Of a stretch of 64,000 nt of DNA, positions 1 through 9,444 are shown piece after piece. Source of the DNA: an uncultured Gemmatimonadales bacterium (GTDB lineage Bacteria; Gemmatimonadota; Gemmatimonadetes; Gemmatimonadales; GWC2-71-9); the NCBI GenBank assembly GCA_963771275.1, contig CAVYSW010000003.1, positions 416,001 to 480,000 on the forward strand, written 5' to 3'. The translations under genes were made by a program, and so were the position numbers. Numbering within the stretch: the stretch's first letter is position 1; each line of letters opens with the position of its first letter. The notes below the pieces were generated by a model. It worked only from the letters and a program-made list of their open reading frames with translations. It was not told where the DNA came from and made no database searches.

Positions 1-163
1 CCGGCCCGGCTCCACCGGCGTCAATGATGGTGACCTCGGGCTCGGCTCGCTGGGACACAGCGCGCTGTGCCACGGCGAGTGAGAGCGGCAGGAGCGTGGC
101 CACCGCCCCCACCGCGGCCGCCCGGGTCAGCCTCGTGCCAAACATACCCTTGATCAAACGCAT
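1..163 (-). CDS. N-terminus of a secreted protein (truncated by window edge), downstream of the TonB receptor
   Basis: Read manually: ATG at 163 after GAGGA; MRLIKGMFGTRLTRAAAVGAVATLLPLSLAVAQ is a signal-peptide-like start; frame open to the window edge. Confidence 0.65.
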   Translation of the reverse strand, partial: MRLIKGMFGTRLTRAAAVGAVATLLPLSLAVAQRAVSQRAEPEVTIIDAGGAGP

Positions 164-257
164 GGCATCGTCCTCTTTCGCGGTCCGTCTGGGTGCGCGC
201 CGCGGACGCGGCGCGGCGGGCGTCCCCCCTCCAGGAGAACGCCCGCCCCGTGTCCCG

Positions 258-3200
258 TCAGAAGCTCATCCGAGCACCGAAGTTGATCGAGCGCCGCGGC
301 CCGAAGTAAGCCGCGCGATCGTAGAACGTGCTGGTTCCCGCCGTCACGCCGTTGCCGGTGCGGCGACGGTCCTGGTCCACCGTGCCACCGTCGCAGTTGC
401 CCGTGCTGGCGTACACCTGATTGCAGCTGTGCGTGTCGAGCAGGTTGCTCACCCGCAGGAAGACGCCCCACTGCAGGTTGGTCAGCCGGAAGGCCTTGTC
501 CGCCTGCAGATCGACGTTGAACACGCCCGGCTGCCGGCCGCTGTTCTGCTCGAGCTGCGTGTTGGTCCCGATGCCGAACGTGGTGAACTGCGGCGTGTAC
601 GGGAAGCCGCTCCGCGCGGTCACGGTCACCGTGGCGCTCGCGTTCCGGACGACCTCATCCAGCAGGCCGATCCCGAACGGCCGCTCGTTCCCCACCCGGA
701 AGAACACTGAGGCGTTGAGCGAGGCCGGGAGGTCCACTTCCGACCGGATCTCCTTGAGGTTCTGCGGATCGCCCTGCTGCTCACGCTCCGTCTCCAGCTC
801 CGGCGCCGCCGCGTTGGTCGTGGCCTGCGTCAGACCGAAGTTGAGCCGGAAGCCCCAGTAGTTGAACAGGCGGCGCTGCAGGCTCACCTCGAACCCGCGC
901 ACCGTCTGGAAGTCCTGGTTGATCATCACCCAGTAGTTGTAGATCGCGTTGCCGTAGGTCGAGCCGACGTCGAAATACCGCGTCCCGTCGGCCGCCTGGC
1001 CGCCCTGCCGGGTGCCGGTGAGCCCGAACTGGTCCTTCGAGAACGCCGCCACCTGCAGGCCGTACTGGCCGCCCAGCTCGGTCGCGAAGCCGACCTCGTA
1101 GGCCGTCGTCTTCTCGATCAGCAGGTTGGGGTTGCCGAGGAACTGGGGCGTCCCCCACACGTTCGTGATGATCGGGTAGCACTGGTCGGTACCCGGGATC
1201 ACCGCGGTCGAGCTGCACAGCCCCAGCGAGTCGCCGGCCACCGTGCCGTTCCCCGTGTTGGTGTACACGTTGTTGTACAGCGGGTTCTGGCTATAGCGGC
1301 CGAAATTGAAGTAGACCTGCGACCGCTCGGTCAGCGGGAAGCTCACCCCGATGCGCGGGCTGAACTGCGTCCGCGTGCTGGCATCCACGAAGTCGTCGGA
1401 CTGCGCCGCCGCCGTCGCCTCCGTCATGAAGGCCCCGTTCAGCGCGCAGGCGGCGAACCCGGTATAGGTCTGACCGTTCTCGACGATCGTATAGTGGCTC
1501 GGATCGGCATCGCAAATCTCGCGCGCCGTCGTCCCGTTGGTCGGATCGCGCGGGTTCGCGAACGCCTTGCCGGGCGCCGCGCCCCAGTCGTACCGCACCC
1601 CGACCTTCACGGTCAGGAAGTCGTACTCGATCTTGTCCTGGATGTAGGCCGCGGCCTCCCACGGCTTGGCGGCGTAGTACTTCGGCACCACGAACACGTC
1701 GTTCGTGCCGACGTTCTCCCACTCCGAGTAGACCAGGTTGTGCTTGGTGTAGGCGCCGCCGAACTGCAGCTGGTGGTGGTCGGTCGCCTGCCCCTGTATG
1801 TCCACGCCGCCCGTCGTGGTGATCAGATGCTCACCGCCGAAGATGACGTCCGTGCCGTCCGTGGCGCTCTTGGTGATGCCGCGCTCCTGGAACTGCTCGG
1901 TGAAGTTCATGTCGGCGAACTGGTTGCCCAGGCAGACGCCCTGCCAGACGTTGCAGGTCTCGCGCCGCTGGTCAAACCGGCCGACCCGGGCCTTGTAGGC
2001 CCAGCGACCCAGCGTGTGGTCCCACTTGGCCGAGAACAGCGTGCGCTGCGCGTAGAGCGAGCCCTGCACCGCGTCGTAGCTGCCGCCCGCGCTGGCCACC
2101 GGCTGCACGACGTTGCCGCCGTTCGTCTGGACGGCGAGCGAGTCTTCCAGGTTGTTCACCGCCGGCGCGTTCAGCGGGAAGAAGCCCATCAACATCCAGT
2201 CGAAGTCGAATGGCAGCCGCTGGCCCTCGTACCGGATGCCCGACACGCTGAGCTTCGCGGTCGGCGTGAAGTAGTAGGTCAGCTTGGCGGTGATGTCCCG
2301 CAGGTTGTTGTAGCCAAACGCCCGCCACCCCGGGAACAGGTCGAGGTTCTGCGGGTTGCCCAGGTTGGGATCCCGACCCGGGGCCGGGCCCGACCCGCGC
2401 GTCACGTCGTTGTCGAACAGCAGCACGCGGTCCGCCCCGGTCTGCACGCGCCCCGCGGCCATGAAGCGCAGCCGCTGCGCGGTGCCCGGGATCGGGCCGG
2501 ACAGATAGCCCTCGAGCTGGCTGTAGCCCATCAGCTCGTCGGGCCGGTTGCCCAGCGCCCCGCCGATGGCGGACGTCTGGTAGCGGAACGCGCCCGCCAG
2601 GTTCGTGCCGCCTTCACGGGTCGCGATGTTGATGATGCCCGACAACGCGTTGCCGTACTGCGGCTCGAAGCCGCCGCGCTGATAGTCGAGCTGCTCGATC
2701 GCCTCGGTCGTGATCCCGAACGACGGGCCGCCAAACACGAAGTTGTTGATCGGCACCCCGTCGATCAGCGTTAGCGACTCGCCACCGCGGCCGCCGCGGA
2801 TCCGGATCGGCGTGATCAGATTCCGCCGGCTCTCGGAGAACGAGATCATGTCCGTGTTCTGCGGCACTTCGATGAAGCCTTGCTGCAGCGCTAGCACGCC
2901 CTGGATGTTGGTCACCGGCAGGGCGGAGATCTCCTCGGCCCGGAGGTTGGTGCCCGTCCCCGTGACCCCGGGCTGCACCAGCGGCACCTCCTCCGCCGTG
3001 ATCGTGATCTGCTCCACGCCGATTGCGCCGGTGGCCGTCAGCTCCACGTCGACCGTGCGCGTCACGTCGATCTGCACCAGGACGTTGCGCACCTCGGCCG
3101 AGGTGTAACCAATCCGGCGTACCATGAGCGTGTACGTGTTCGGTGGCACGTTGACGACGAAGAACCGACCGTTGGCGCCGGTCAACGCGCTGATCCCCGT

Positions 3201-3362
3201 GTTCTGCAGGATCACTTGTGCCCCTTCGAGCGGTACGCCCGACTGGGCGTCCGTGACGATGCCGGTGAGCTTGCCGGTCTGTGCCTGAGCGGTGCCAGCG
3301 GCCACCGCGCAAAGCACGATAACCGCAAGTCCGGCCAAGAGGCGGGACATTGCGTGCTTCAC
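258..3362 (-). CDS. TonB-dependent outer-membrane receptor with N-terminal carboxypeptidase-regulatory-like domain
   Basis: Signal peptide ending AQAQ, GKLTGIVTD..PLEGAQV domain, plug motifs IRGGR..LIDGVPIN and GGFEPQYGNALSGIINI, C-terminal Phe; GTG at 3362 follows AAGGAG. Confidence 0.9.
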   Translation of the reverse strand: MKHAMSRLLAGLAVIVLCAVAAGTAQAQTGKLTGIVTDAQSGVPLEGAQVILQNTGISALTGANGRFFVVNVPPNTYTLMVRRIGYTSAEVRNVLVQIDVTRTVDVELTATGAIGVEQITITAEEVPLVQPGVTGTGTNLRAEEISALPVTNIQGVLALQQGFIEVPQNTDMISFSESRRNLITPIRIRGGRGGESLTLIDGVPINNFVFGGPSFGITTEAIEQLDYQRGGFEPQYGNALSGIINIATREGGTNLAGAFRYQTSAIGGALGNRPDELMGYSQLEGYLSGPIPGTAQRLRFMAAGRVQTGADRVLLFDNDVTRGSGPAPGRDPNLGNPQNLDLFPGWRAFGYNNLRDITAKLTYYFTPTAKLSVSGIRYEGQRLPFDFDWMLMGFFPLNAPAVNNLEDSLAVQTNGGNVVQPVASAGGSYDAVQGSLYAQRTLFSAKWDHTLGRWAYKARVGRFDQRRETCNVWQGVCLGNQFADMNFTEQFQERGITKSATDGTDVIFGGEHLITTTGGVDIQGQATDHHQLQFGGAYTKHNLVYSEWENVGTNDVFVVPKYYAAKPWEAAAYIQDKIEYDFLTVKVGVRYDWGAAPGKAFANPRDPTNGTTAREICDADPSHYTIVENGQTYTGFAACALNGAFMTEATAAAQSDDFVDASTRTQFSPRIGVSFPLTERSQVYFNFGRYSQNPLYNNVYTNTGNGTVAGDSLGLCSSTAVIPGTDQCYPIITNVWGTPQFLGNPNLLIEKTTAYEVGFATELGGQYGLQVAAFSKDQFGLTGTRQGGQAADGTRYFDVGSTYGNAIYNYWVMINQDFQTVRGFEVSLQRRLFNYWGFRLNFGLTQATTNAAAPELETEREQQGDPQNLKEIRSEVDLPASLNASVFFRVGNERPFGIGLLDEVVRNASATVTVTARSGFPYTPQFTTFGIGTNTQLEQNSGRQPGVFNVDLQADKAFRLTNLQWGVFLRVSNLLDTHSCNQVYASTGNCDGGTVDQDRRRTGNGVTAGTSTFYDRAAYFGPRRSINFGARMSF

Positions 3363-3912
3363 TGGGAGCTCTCCTTTTTCTGGGAACGAACGGAAGTTCG
3401 AACGAAACACCTGTATGGCACACCCTCCTTTCGCCCGGCCACGCCTCGGCGCGACCCTTCCACCACGTTGCCGCCGTCAGCGGCACGCCCACCCCAGATC
3501 CCGCCCGACGGCGGAATCCGGCATGTCATGCTCCTAGATCCCTATACCTGTCTGGCTGGCGCACCGTAACACATCACGCCCTGCCAGTGGAACGCGGAAA
3601 CCTCGTGAACCGGCCGAGCCTTCTATCGTGGGGCAGGCGCTCGACGGAATTCCGGAGCGCGCCGCTAGCGATCTGGTCACTGCAAGAGGAACTGCAATCC
3701 GGTGGCCCAAGAAACCAGCCAAGAACCGGACGACAACCTCAAGCTACGGGTCCCCCCAACGGTCCGCAAGAGGCCCGAACCGGGAAACCCAACCTAGCGC
3801 CGGGGACCAGGTCCGGCATATTCTCCCAAAGGACGGGGCACAAAAGACACCGCCGACGCGGGTTCCGCAAGGGGTACCCGTCGGACGGGCCCGAAGGGGG
3901 GAGCGTGGAGTA

Positions 3913-6168
3913 ATGAGGGGGGGGCACTCCGTTGCCGGGCCGGCCGCCACCGGCTCAATTGGTTGGGCCTCACGCGCCGGGTTGCTGGCGCTGCTGCTCG
4001 CGGTGCCGGTCGCAGCCCAAGGCCCGCAGGCCGGCGGCGTCGTCGACGCGCGCCGGCTGGTGGACGAGGCTCTCGTCCTGGCCGACCGCGGCGACACGGC
4101 CGCCGCCCTCGAGCGGCTGGAGCGGGCCACCAAGCTCGCCCCGACCATGGCCGCGGCCCATTACCGGCGCGGCATGCTGCTCGCCCACCAGGCCGGTACC
4201 GGTCTCGGCGACATGGCGAAGCGCCGGGCCGCCGACGCCGCCCTCGAGCGCGCGATCCGATACGAGCAGGGCAACCCCGCCTACTATCTCGAGCTGGGGC
4301 GGTTGCGGCTGAAGCAGGGGGTGATGCGACTCGACGCCCAGCGGCTGTTTGGGCGGGCGCTCTCGGCCGCCAAGGAGCGTGGCGACCCCACCCTGCTCGC
4401 GGACGTCGAGGCCGAGCTGGGCGACATCTACTATCGGCGGTACACGGCCGTGGGCCACCGCCGGCTGCTCACCGGCGACGCCTGGCGGTTCGATCCCGGC
4501 GAGGCGATGGCCAACCCCCATTACGCCAAGGACTTTCTCTCCCAGCGCACATCCGTGATCGAGGACGCCGGGGAGCTCGACCTGCGCCAGGCCGAAGGGC
4601 ACTACCGCGAGGGTGCAGCCGCGTATCCGGCGCACGACCTCTGCAACGCCGGGCTCCTCGGAATCATGTACGACGACGCCCGCTTCGAGGAGTTCCTCGA
4701 ACAGGCGCGGCGGTTCGTGCAGGCGGCGCCGACGAGCGCGCGCGCCCATCTGTTCCTCGGGCTCGGCCTGTGGCGCGTGGGCCGCGGCGCGGAGGCGGCC
4801 CGCGCGTTCGACCGCGGCTTCGCGCTGCTGCCGCCCGGCGAGCGGGATCACCTCACCGACCTGGCGGTCATCCTGCGGCGAACCGACGCGCAACAGTACG
4901 AGGCGCTCACCGCGGCCCAGCGCGCCGAGTTCAATCGCATCTACTGGTCGGCCAACGATCCGCTCAAGCTCACCGCCGAAAACGAGCATCGGCTCGAGCA
5001 TCTGGCGCGGGCGGCCTACACGGACCTGCGGTTCTCCGCGCCCGACCTGCGGATCCGGGGGTGGGACACCGATCGCGGCGTGATCTACCTGCGCTACGGA
5101 CCGCCCCCCGTGGTGGCCACGTTCCCGCCCGAGACCAGCCAGCTCGGCACGGAAATCGGCACCGCCGGCAAGATCACGACGGTGTGGTACTATCCCGACC
5201 GCAACCTGCGCTTCGTGTTCTACGGCCCGCCGGGTTACAACTTCGCCCGCTTCGCCGGGGAGTTCCAGACGTACGTCGAGGACGTGCGCTACGCGCAGCC
5301 CGTCAAGTACGACAACGTGCCGGTGAACGAGGCGATGGACTCGATCCCGGTGCAGGTGGCGGCGTTCCGCGCGCGGGGCGACAGCGCCCAGACCGACCTG
5401 ATGTTCTTCGCCGGGCTGCCGCTCACCCGCATGGCGAGCGGCGTGGATCTCGCCGAAGGCCCGATCCAGCACGGGCTCTTCGTCACGGACCCGCTGGAGC
5501 GGCCGGTCACGACGCAGCGTCGCGACGAAACCGTGCGGTTCACCGATTCGGCGCAGCTCGAGCAGCGCACGTTCACGACGGCGTTGCTGCCGGGTGAATA
5601 CCGCTTCCGGGTCGAGGCGCGGCAGCCCACCACCGGGCGCGCCGCCCGCGGCATGGGACCGCTCACCGTCGAGTCATTCAACCGGCCGACGCTCATGCTG
5701 AGCGACGTGATCCTCGCCGATCGCGTCGCGCCGCGCGTCGAGACCCCGGCGGGCCGCCAGGAATTCCTGCTCGACCCGAACCCCGCCATGCAGTTCGCGG
5801 CGGGCAGTGAGGTCCACCTCTATTGGGAGATGTACAATCTCCAGCCGGACAGCGCCGGCGAGGTCAGCTACGAGGCCGAGGTCATCTTCCGCGTCCAGTC
5901 GCTGGAGCGCCGCGGGCTCGTGGCCAGGATCGTGGGCGGCGTGCTGGACGCCGTGGGGACCACCGCCAAGGGCGACGATCAGGTCTCGGTGCGGTATGAC
6001 GTGTCCACCGCGCTCGCGGGACGTGACCGCCTGCCGGGCTGGGTGGCCGTCAATCTCGCCGACGCGCCGCGCGGCACGTACACCCTCGAGCTGGTCATCA
6101 CCGACCGGCAGACCGGACAGACGGCGATTCGCCGGCGCGCCTTCACCGTGACCGGCGGAACGCCGTGA
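3913..6168 (+). CDS. GWxTD domain-containing TPR protein (exported)
   Basis: GWDTDRGVIYLRYGPP signature, TPR-like helical repeats, signal peptide; start chosen at ATG 3913. Confidence 0.85.
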   Translation: MRGGHSVAGPAATGSIGWASRAGLLALLLAVPVAAQGPQAGGVVDARRLVDEALVLADRGDTAAALERLERATKLAPTMAAAHYRRGMLLAHQAGTGLGDMAKRRAADAALERAIRYEQGNPAYYLELGRLRLKQGVMRLDAQRLFGRALSAAKERGDPTLLADVEAELGDIYYRRYTAVGHRRLLTGDAWRFDPGEAMANPHYAKDFLSQRTSVIEDAGELDLRQAEGHYREGAAAYPAHDLCNAGLLGIMYDDARFEEFLEQARRFVQAAPTSARAHLFLGLGLWRVGRGAEAARAFDRGFALLPPGERDHLTDLAVILRRTDAQQYEALTAAQRAEFNRIYWSANDPLKLTAENEHRLEHLARAAYTDLRFSAPDLRIRGWDTDRGVIYLRYGPPPVVATFPPETSQLGTEIGTAGKITTVWYYPDRNLRFVFYGPPGYNFARFAGEFQTYVEDVRYAQPVKYDNVPVNEAMDSIPVQVAAFRARGDSAQTDLMFFAGLPLTRMASGVDLAEGPIQHGLFVTDPLERPVTTQRRDETVRFTDSAQLEQRTFTTALLPGEYRFRVEARQPTTGRAARGMGPLTVESFNRPTLMLSDVILADRVAPRVETPAGRQEFLLDPNPAMQFAAGSEVHLYWEMYNLQPDSAGEVSYEAEVIFRVQSLERRGLVARIVGGVLDAVGTTAKGDDQVSVRYDVSTALAGRDRLPGWVAVNLADAPRGTYTLELVITDRQTGQTAIRRRAFTVTGGTP

Positions 6169-7319
6169 GGCGGGCCGCCGCCGCAGGGCTGCTGGTTGCA
6201 GTGCTCGCCGCGCCGCTCCAGGCGCAGTCGGCGGGGCACCGCCTGCCCCGGAAGTGGCTGTTCGCCGCAATCGGGGCGTTGGCCTCCGGAACGGTCGGAC
6301 TCGTCTACGCCGTCAGCTTCGAGCGGGATATCGGCGGATGCTCGGCGGCCGGCTGCGTGCTGACGGTGAGCACCTTGGGCGGCGCCCTGCTCGGCTTCAT
6401 GATCGGGAGCGAAGTGGACCACCTGTACAACATCCGCTACAGCCATGCCCCGCCGATCACGCTGCGCGGCAGGGCGCTCTCCCTCGCGGTGGTTCCCACT
6501 GACCTCGCCGTGCGCGAGCACACCGCGTTCGTGACCGGGCAGGAGGGCATCGAGCTCGTGGGGACGGATCAGCGCCTGGAGCGGCTGGGGTTCAAGGCCC
6601 GCGGGCTGCGCGGGATCGGTCCGATCGCCAGCGACAGCGCCCGCAACGAGCTGCTCGTGGGCACGGCGGCGGGGCTCTACCGCTTTCCCCTCCGCGGCGA
6701 CGACCCCGGCGCACTCGCGTTCCAGGCCGACATCTCCGCGCTCGCGCGCCGCGACGGCGTGCTCGCGCTCGGCCTCGGAACGGATCTGCAGCTCGCCATG
6801 CCCGACGACTCGCTCCGGATGCTCGACTCCGCGCGGACCACCGACAGTCGCGTCGTGGATCTCTCCTGGCAGGGCGATTCCACCCTGTGGGCCCTCACCG
6901 AGGAGGCCCTGACCGCCTATGCGGCAGATTCCTCAGGGGCGCTCACGCACGTCGGCTCGTTCCCGCTCCCCGGCATCGGGCGCCGCCTCGTGATCGGTGA
7001 CTCGCTGGCGTTCGTGGCCGCGGGGTCGGGCGGGCTCTACGCAGTCGACATCCGGGACCCGGCGGCCCCCGTCACGGTGGGTAACTGGAGCGGTGCCCGG
7101 TTCGTCTACGATGTCGCGGTGTCCGGCAGCCTCGTCTACGCCGCGGCCGGCCCCGAAGGGCTGTACGTGCTCCAGCTTGCCGGCGGTACGTTCCATCCGA
7201 TCGGCCTGTCCCGCGGCTTGGGGTTTGTCGCCTCGGTGGAAGCCGGCGAAGGCGCCATCTTCGCGCTCGACCGCGCGGGCGGCACGCTCCGACGCATCGA
7301 CCCCGTGGCTCATCCATGA
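6165..7319 (+). CDS. Exported hypothetical protein with LVIVD-like beta-propeller C-terminus
   Basis: Signal peptide; repeats AFVAAGSGGLYAVDIRDPAAP and VYAAAGPEGLYVL; GTGA overlap with the upstream gene. Confidence 0.7.
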   Translation: MRRAAAAGLLVAVLAAPLQAQSAGHRLPRKWLFAAIGALASGTVGLVYAVSFERDIGGCSAAGCVLTVSTLGGALLGFMIGSEVDHLYNIRYSHAPPITLRGRALSLAVVPTDLAVREHTAFVTGQEGIELVGTDQRLERLGFKARGLRGIGPIASDSARNELLVGTAAGLYRFPLRGDDPGALAFQADISALARRDGVLALGLGTDLQLAMPDDSLRMLDSARTTDSRVVDLSWQGDSTLWALTEEALTAYAADSSGALTHVGSFPLPGIGRRLVIGDSLAFVAAGSGGLYAVDIRDPAAPVTVGNWSGARFVYDVAVSGSLVYAAAGPEGLYVLQLAGGTFHPIGLSRGLGFVASVEAGEGAIFALDRAGGTLRRIDPVAHP

Positions 7320-8008
7320 ACCACCGCGTGCTGCTCGCAGCCGCCGGCGTGCTGCTCGTGCTCGGCGGCGGCGCCGCCGCGTTCCGTGCGGCCCGGCCGC
7401 CCGCCGCCGCTCCCGCCACGCCCCGGCCCGAAGCCGCGACGAGCGCGCCTCAGGATTCGGCGTTGGGAGCGCGCACCAAGGGATCGCCCGACGCCCCGGT
7501 GACGGTCCTCGAGATCGCCGACTTCCAGTGCCCGGCCTGCCGGGTCTTCTGGGAACAGACCATGCCCCATCTCCAGCAGGAATACGTGGAGTCGGGCAAG
7601 GTGCGCTTCGTGTTCCTGAACCTCCCCCTGGTGGAAATCCACCACAACGCCGCCGCCGCAGCGCAGTTCGCCATGTGCGCCGCACGGCAGCATCGCTTCT
7701 GGCCGATCCACGATGCGCTGTTCGAGCATCAGTCGGCATGGGCCGCGCTGCCGGATCCGAGTGCCTACTTCTTCAGCCTCGCCGCCGCCGCGGGCCTCCG
7801 GACCGACGCGCTCGGCGCGTGCGTCGGCGACACCGCCCTCCGAACCGCGATCGCCGCCGAGGCCGAGGGTCTGGCACGGGCAGGCGTCCGCAGCACCCCG
7901 TCGTTCGTGATCGACGGCAGCTTGCTCGAAGGAGCCGCCCCGATCGAGAGCTGGCGGCCGATCCTGGATTCGATCTACGCGGCCAAGAAGAACGCCGTTA
8001 GCCGATAG
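7316..8008 (+). CDS. DsbA-family thioredoxin-fold oxidoreductase
   Basis: GSPDAPVTVLEIADFQCPAC (CxxC) and GVRSTPSF cis-Pro loop; stop TAG lies inside the heptamer array. Confidence 0.9.
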   Translation: MNHRVLLAAAGVLLVLGGGAAAFRAARPPAAAPATPRPEAATSAPQDSALGARTKGSPDAPVTVLEIADFQCPACRVFWEQTMPHLQQEYVESGKVRFVFLNLPLVEIHHNAAAAAQFAMCAARQHRFWPIHDALFEHQSAWAALPDPSAYFFSLAAAAGLRTDALGACVGDTALRTAIAAEAEGLARAGVRSTPSFVIDGSLLEGAAPIESWRPILDSIYAAKKNAVSR

Positions 8009-8054
8009 CCGATAGCCGATAGCCGATAGCCGATAGCCGATAGCCGATAGCCGA
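7999..8054 (+). repeat. Tandem heptamer array (TAGCCGA)x8
   Basis: Eight perfect copies counted directly. Confidence 0.97.
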
Positions 8055-8127
8055 CGAGTGCGATGGACTGCGCCCGCGCGCAACGAAGTGGTGCTCCCAC
8101 CCCCGACAATCTGGTTACCCTAGCCGC

Positions 8128-8511
8128 ATGGAGGGGTACAAGGCACTCCACAGCTGGCGGCTGGCGCGACAACTGTGCCTTGGGGTGCTCGAGGCGACGG
8201 ACGGATCGCTGCCCCGACGGGCGTGGACCGTGGTCGACCAGCTTCGGCGAGCAGCCGTTTCCGTGGATGTGAACCTCGTTGAGGGGTACGCGCTCGGGAC
8301 CGTACCGCTCTTTCGCCGTCACGCACGCATTGCCCTGGGTTCCGCGGCAGAGGCCCAGCGCTTGCTGACAATCGCTGCCGAACGGGGCTACCTGGCGCGA
8401 GACACAACGGTCGAGCTGCTCAGCCTGGCGGATAGGACCGTGGCATGTCTGGTGGGACTGCTGCGTAGCCGGAACCTCGTCGTTACCCAAAGGTCACCAC
8501 CCGATAGGTGA
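8128..8511 (+). CDS. Four helix bundle protein (23S rRNA-IVP / TIGR02436-like, bAvd-related fold)
   Basis: 127 aa with Y-x-x-L-x-x-W start, DQLRRAAVSVDVNLVEG and IALGSAAE..GYL family motifs. Confidence 0.88.
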   Translation: MEGYKALHSWRLARQLCLGVLEATDGSLPRRAWTVVDQLRRAAVSVDVNLVEGYALGTVPLFRRHARIALGSAAEAQRLLTIAAERGYLARDTTVELLSLADRTVACLVGLLRSRNLVVTQRSPPDR

Positions 8512-8670
8512 CGGCTATCGGCTATCGGCTATCGGCTATCGGCTATCGGCTATCGGCTATCGGCTATCGGCTATCGGCTATCGGCTATCGGCTATCGGCT
8601 ATCGGCTATCGGCTATCGGCTATCGGCTATCGGCCATCGGCCATCGGCTAACGGCCAACGGCTATCGGCC
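8512..8670 (-). repeat. Tandem heptamer array (CGGCTAT)x17 plus about 5 further mostly degenerate units; reverse complement of the 7999-8054 array
   Basis: Perfect units 8512-8630, then CGGCCAT, CGGCCAT, CGGCTAA, CGGCCAA, CGGCTAT. Confidence 0.97.
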
Positions 8671-9415
8671 CAACAGGGCAAGCCCCACATCGTACAGGGC
8701 GTGGGTCCAGGCGGTGATGCCGAAGCCGCGCGCGACGTACAGCCCGGACAGCAACAGTCCCGCGACGGCGCGAAACGTGCAGGACGCCAGCGTCAGCGTG
8801 TCGCCGTAGGGACCGACGTAGTGGAAGGCCGAGAAGATCAGCGCGCTCAACGACGAGCGCGGCACCGACGGCCACCGGCCGGCGCCAGCCAAGTGCGATC
8901 CCCAGGCTGGTGAGCCCCGACACGAGCAGCACCCGGAACAGCAGCTCCTCGTAGATGCCGGCGCCCAGCGAGATCACGAGCTGCCCACCCAGCGACAGGC
9001 TGGCGACCCCGCCGCCTGCCGCGGCGCCGCCCTGCGCGACCGCGAGCGTCGGATGGAGCAGCAGCGTCGTGAGCGCCGAGGCCACACTGCCGAACACGAT
9101 GGCGTACACGACGCTTTCGCCCAGCATGCCGAGGAAGTAGCGGCGTTCGAGCCGGCCGGGATGCCGCCGCCGGTCGCGCCACACGAACCACCCGCCGGCG
9201 CCGAGCACCACCAGCGTGAACAGCGCGACCCCGTGCCGCCCGCCCAGTGCCAGAAACGCGGTCTTCAACAGCACGTCCGCGCCGTTGCGCACCCCGGCGA
9301 ACGCCGACCGGGTCATGCCGAACGAGAGCCCCTCGTACAGCAACAGCAGGGGTAACGCGAACAGCAGGCTGTAGCGCGACTCGCGCGCGGCGGTCCAGTA
9401 CGCCCGTAGCCTCAT
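8662..9415 (-). CDS. CPBP-family (Abi/CAAX) intramembrane metalloprotease, frameshifted near 8850
   Basis: EELLFR motif in one frame, FSAFH and HALYD motifs in another; a single +1 shift joins them. Confidence 0.8.
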
Positions 9416-9444
9416 GCGCGCGAAGCTAGCACATTCGAAGTGCC

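Noticed and set aside
7310..8083. Minus-strand ORF with LSAIGYR repeats
   Set aside because: It is the translation of the heptamer array plus the antisense of dsbA.
8128..8511. Diversity-generating retroelement (avd) or rRNA intervening sequence
   Set aside because: No reverse transcriptase, no TR/VR pair and no rRNA sequence around the gene in this window.
7999..8670. CRISPR array
   Set aside because: Contiguous 7-nt units with no unique spacers, and no cas genes in the window.
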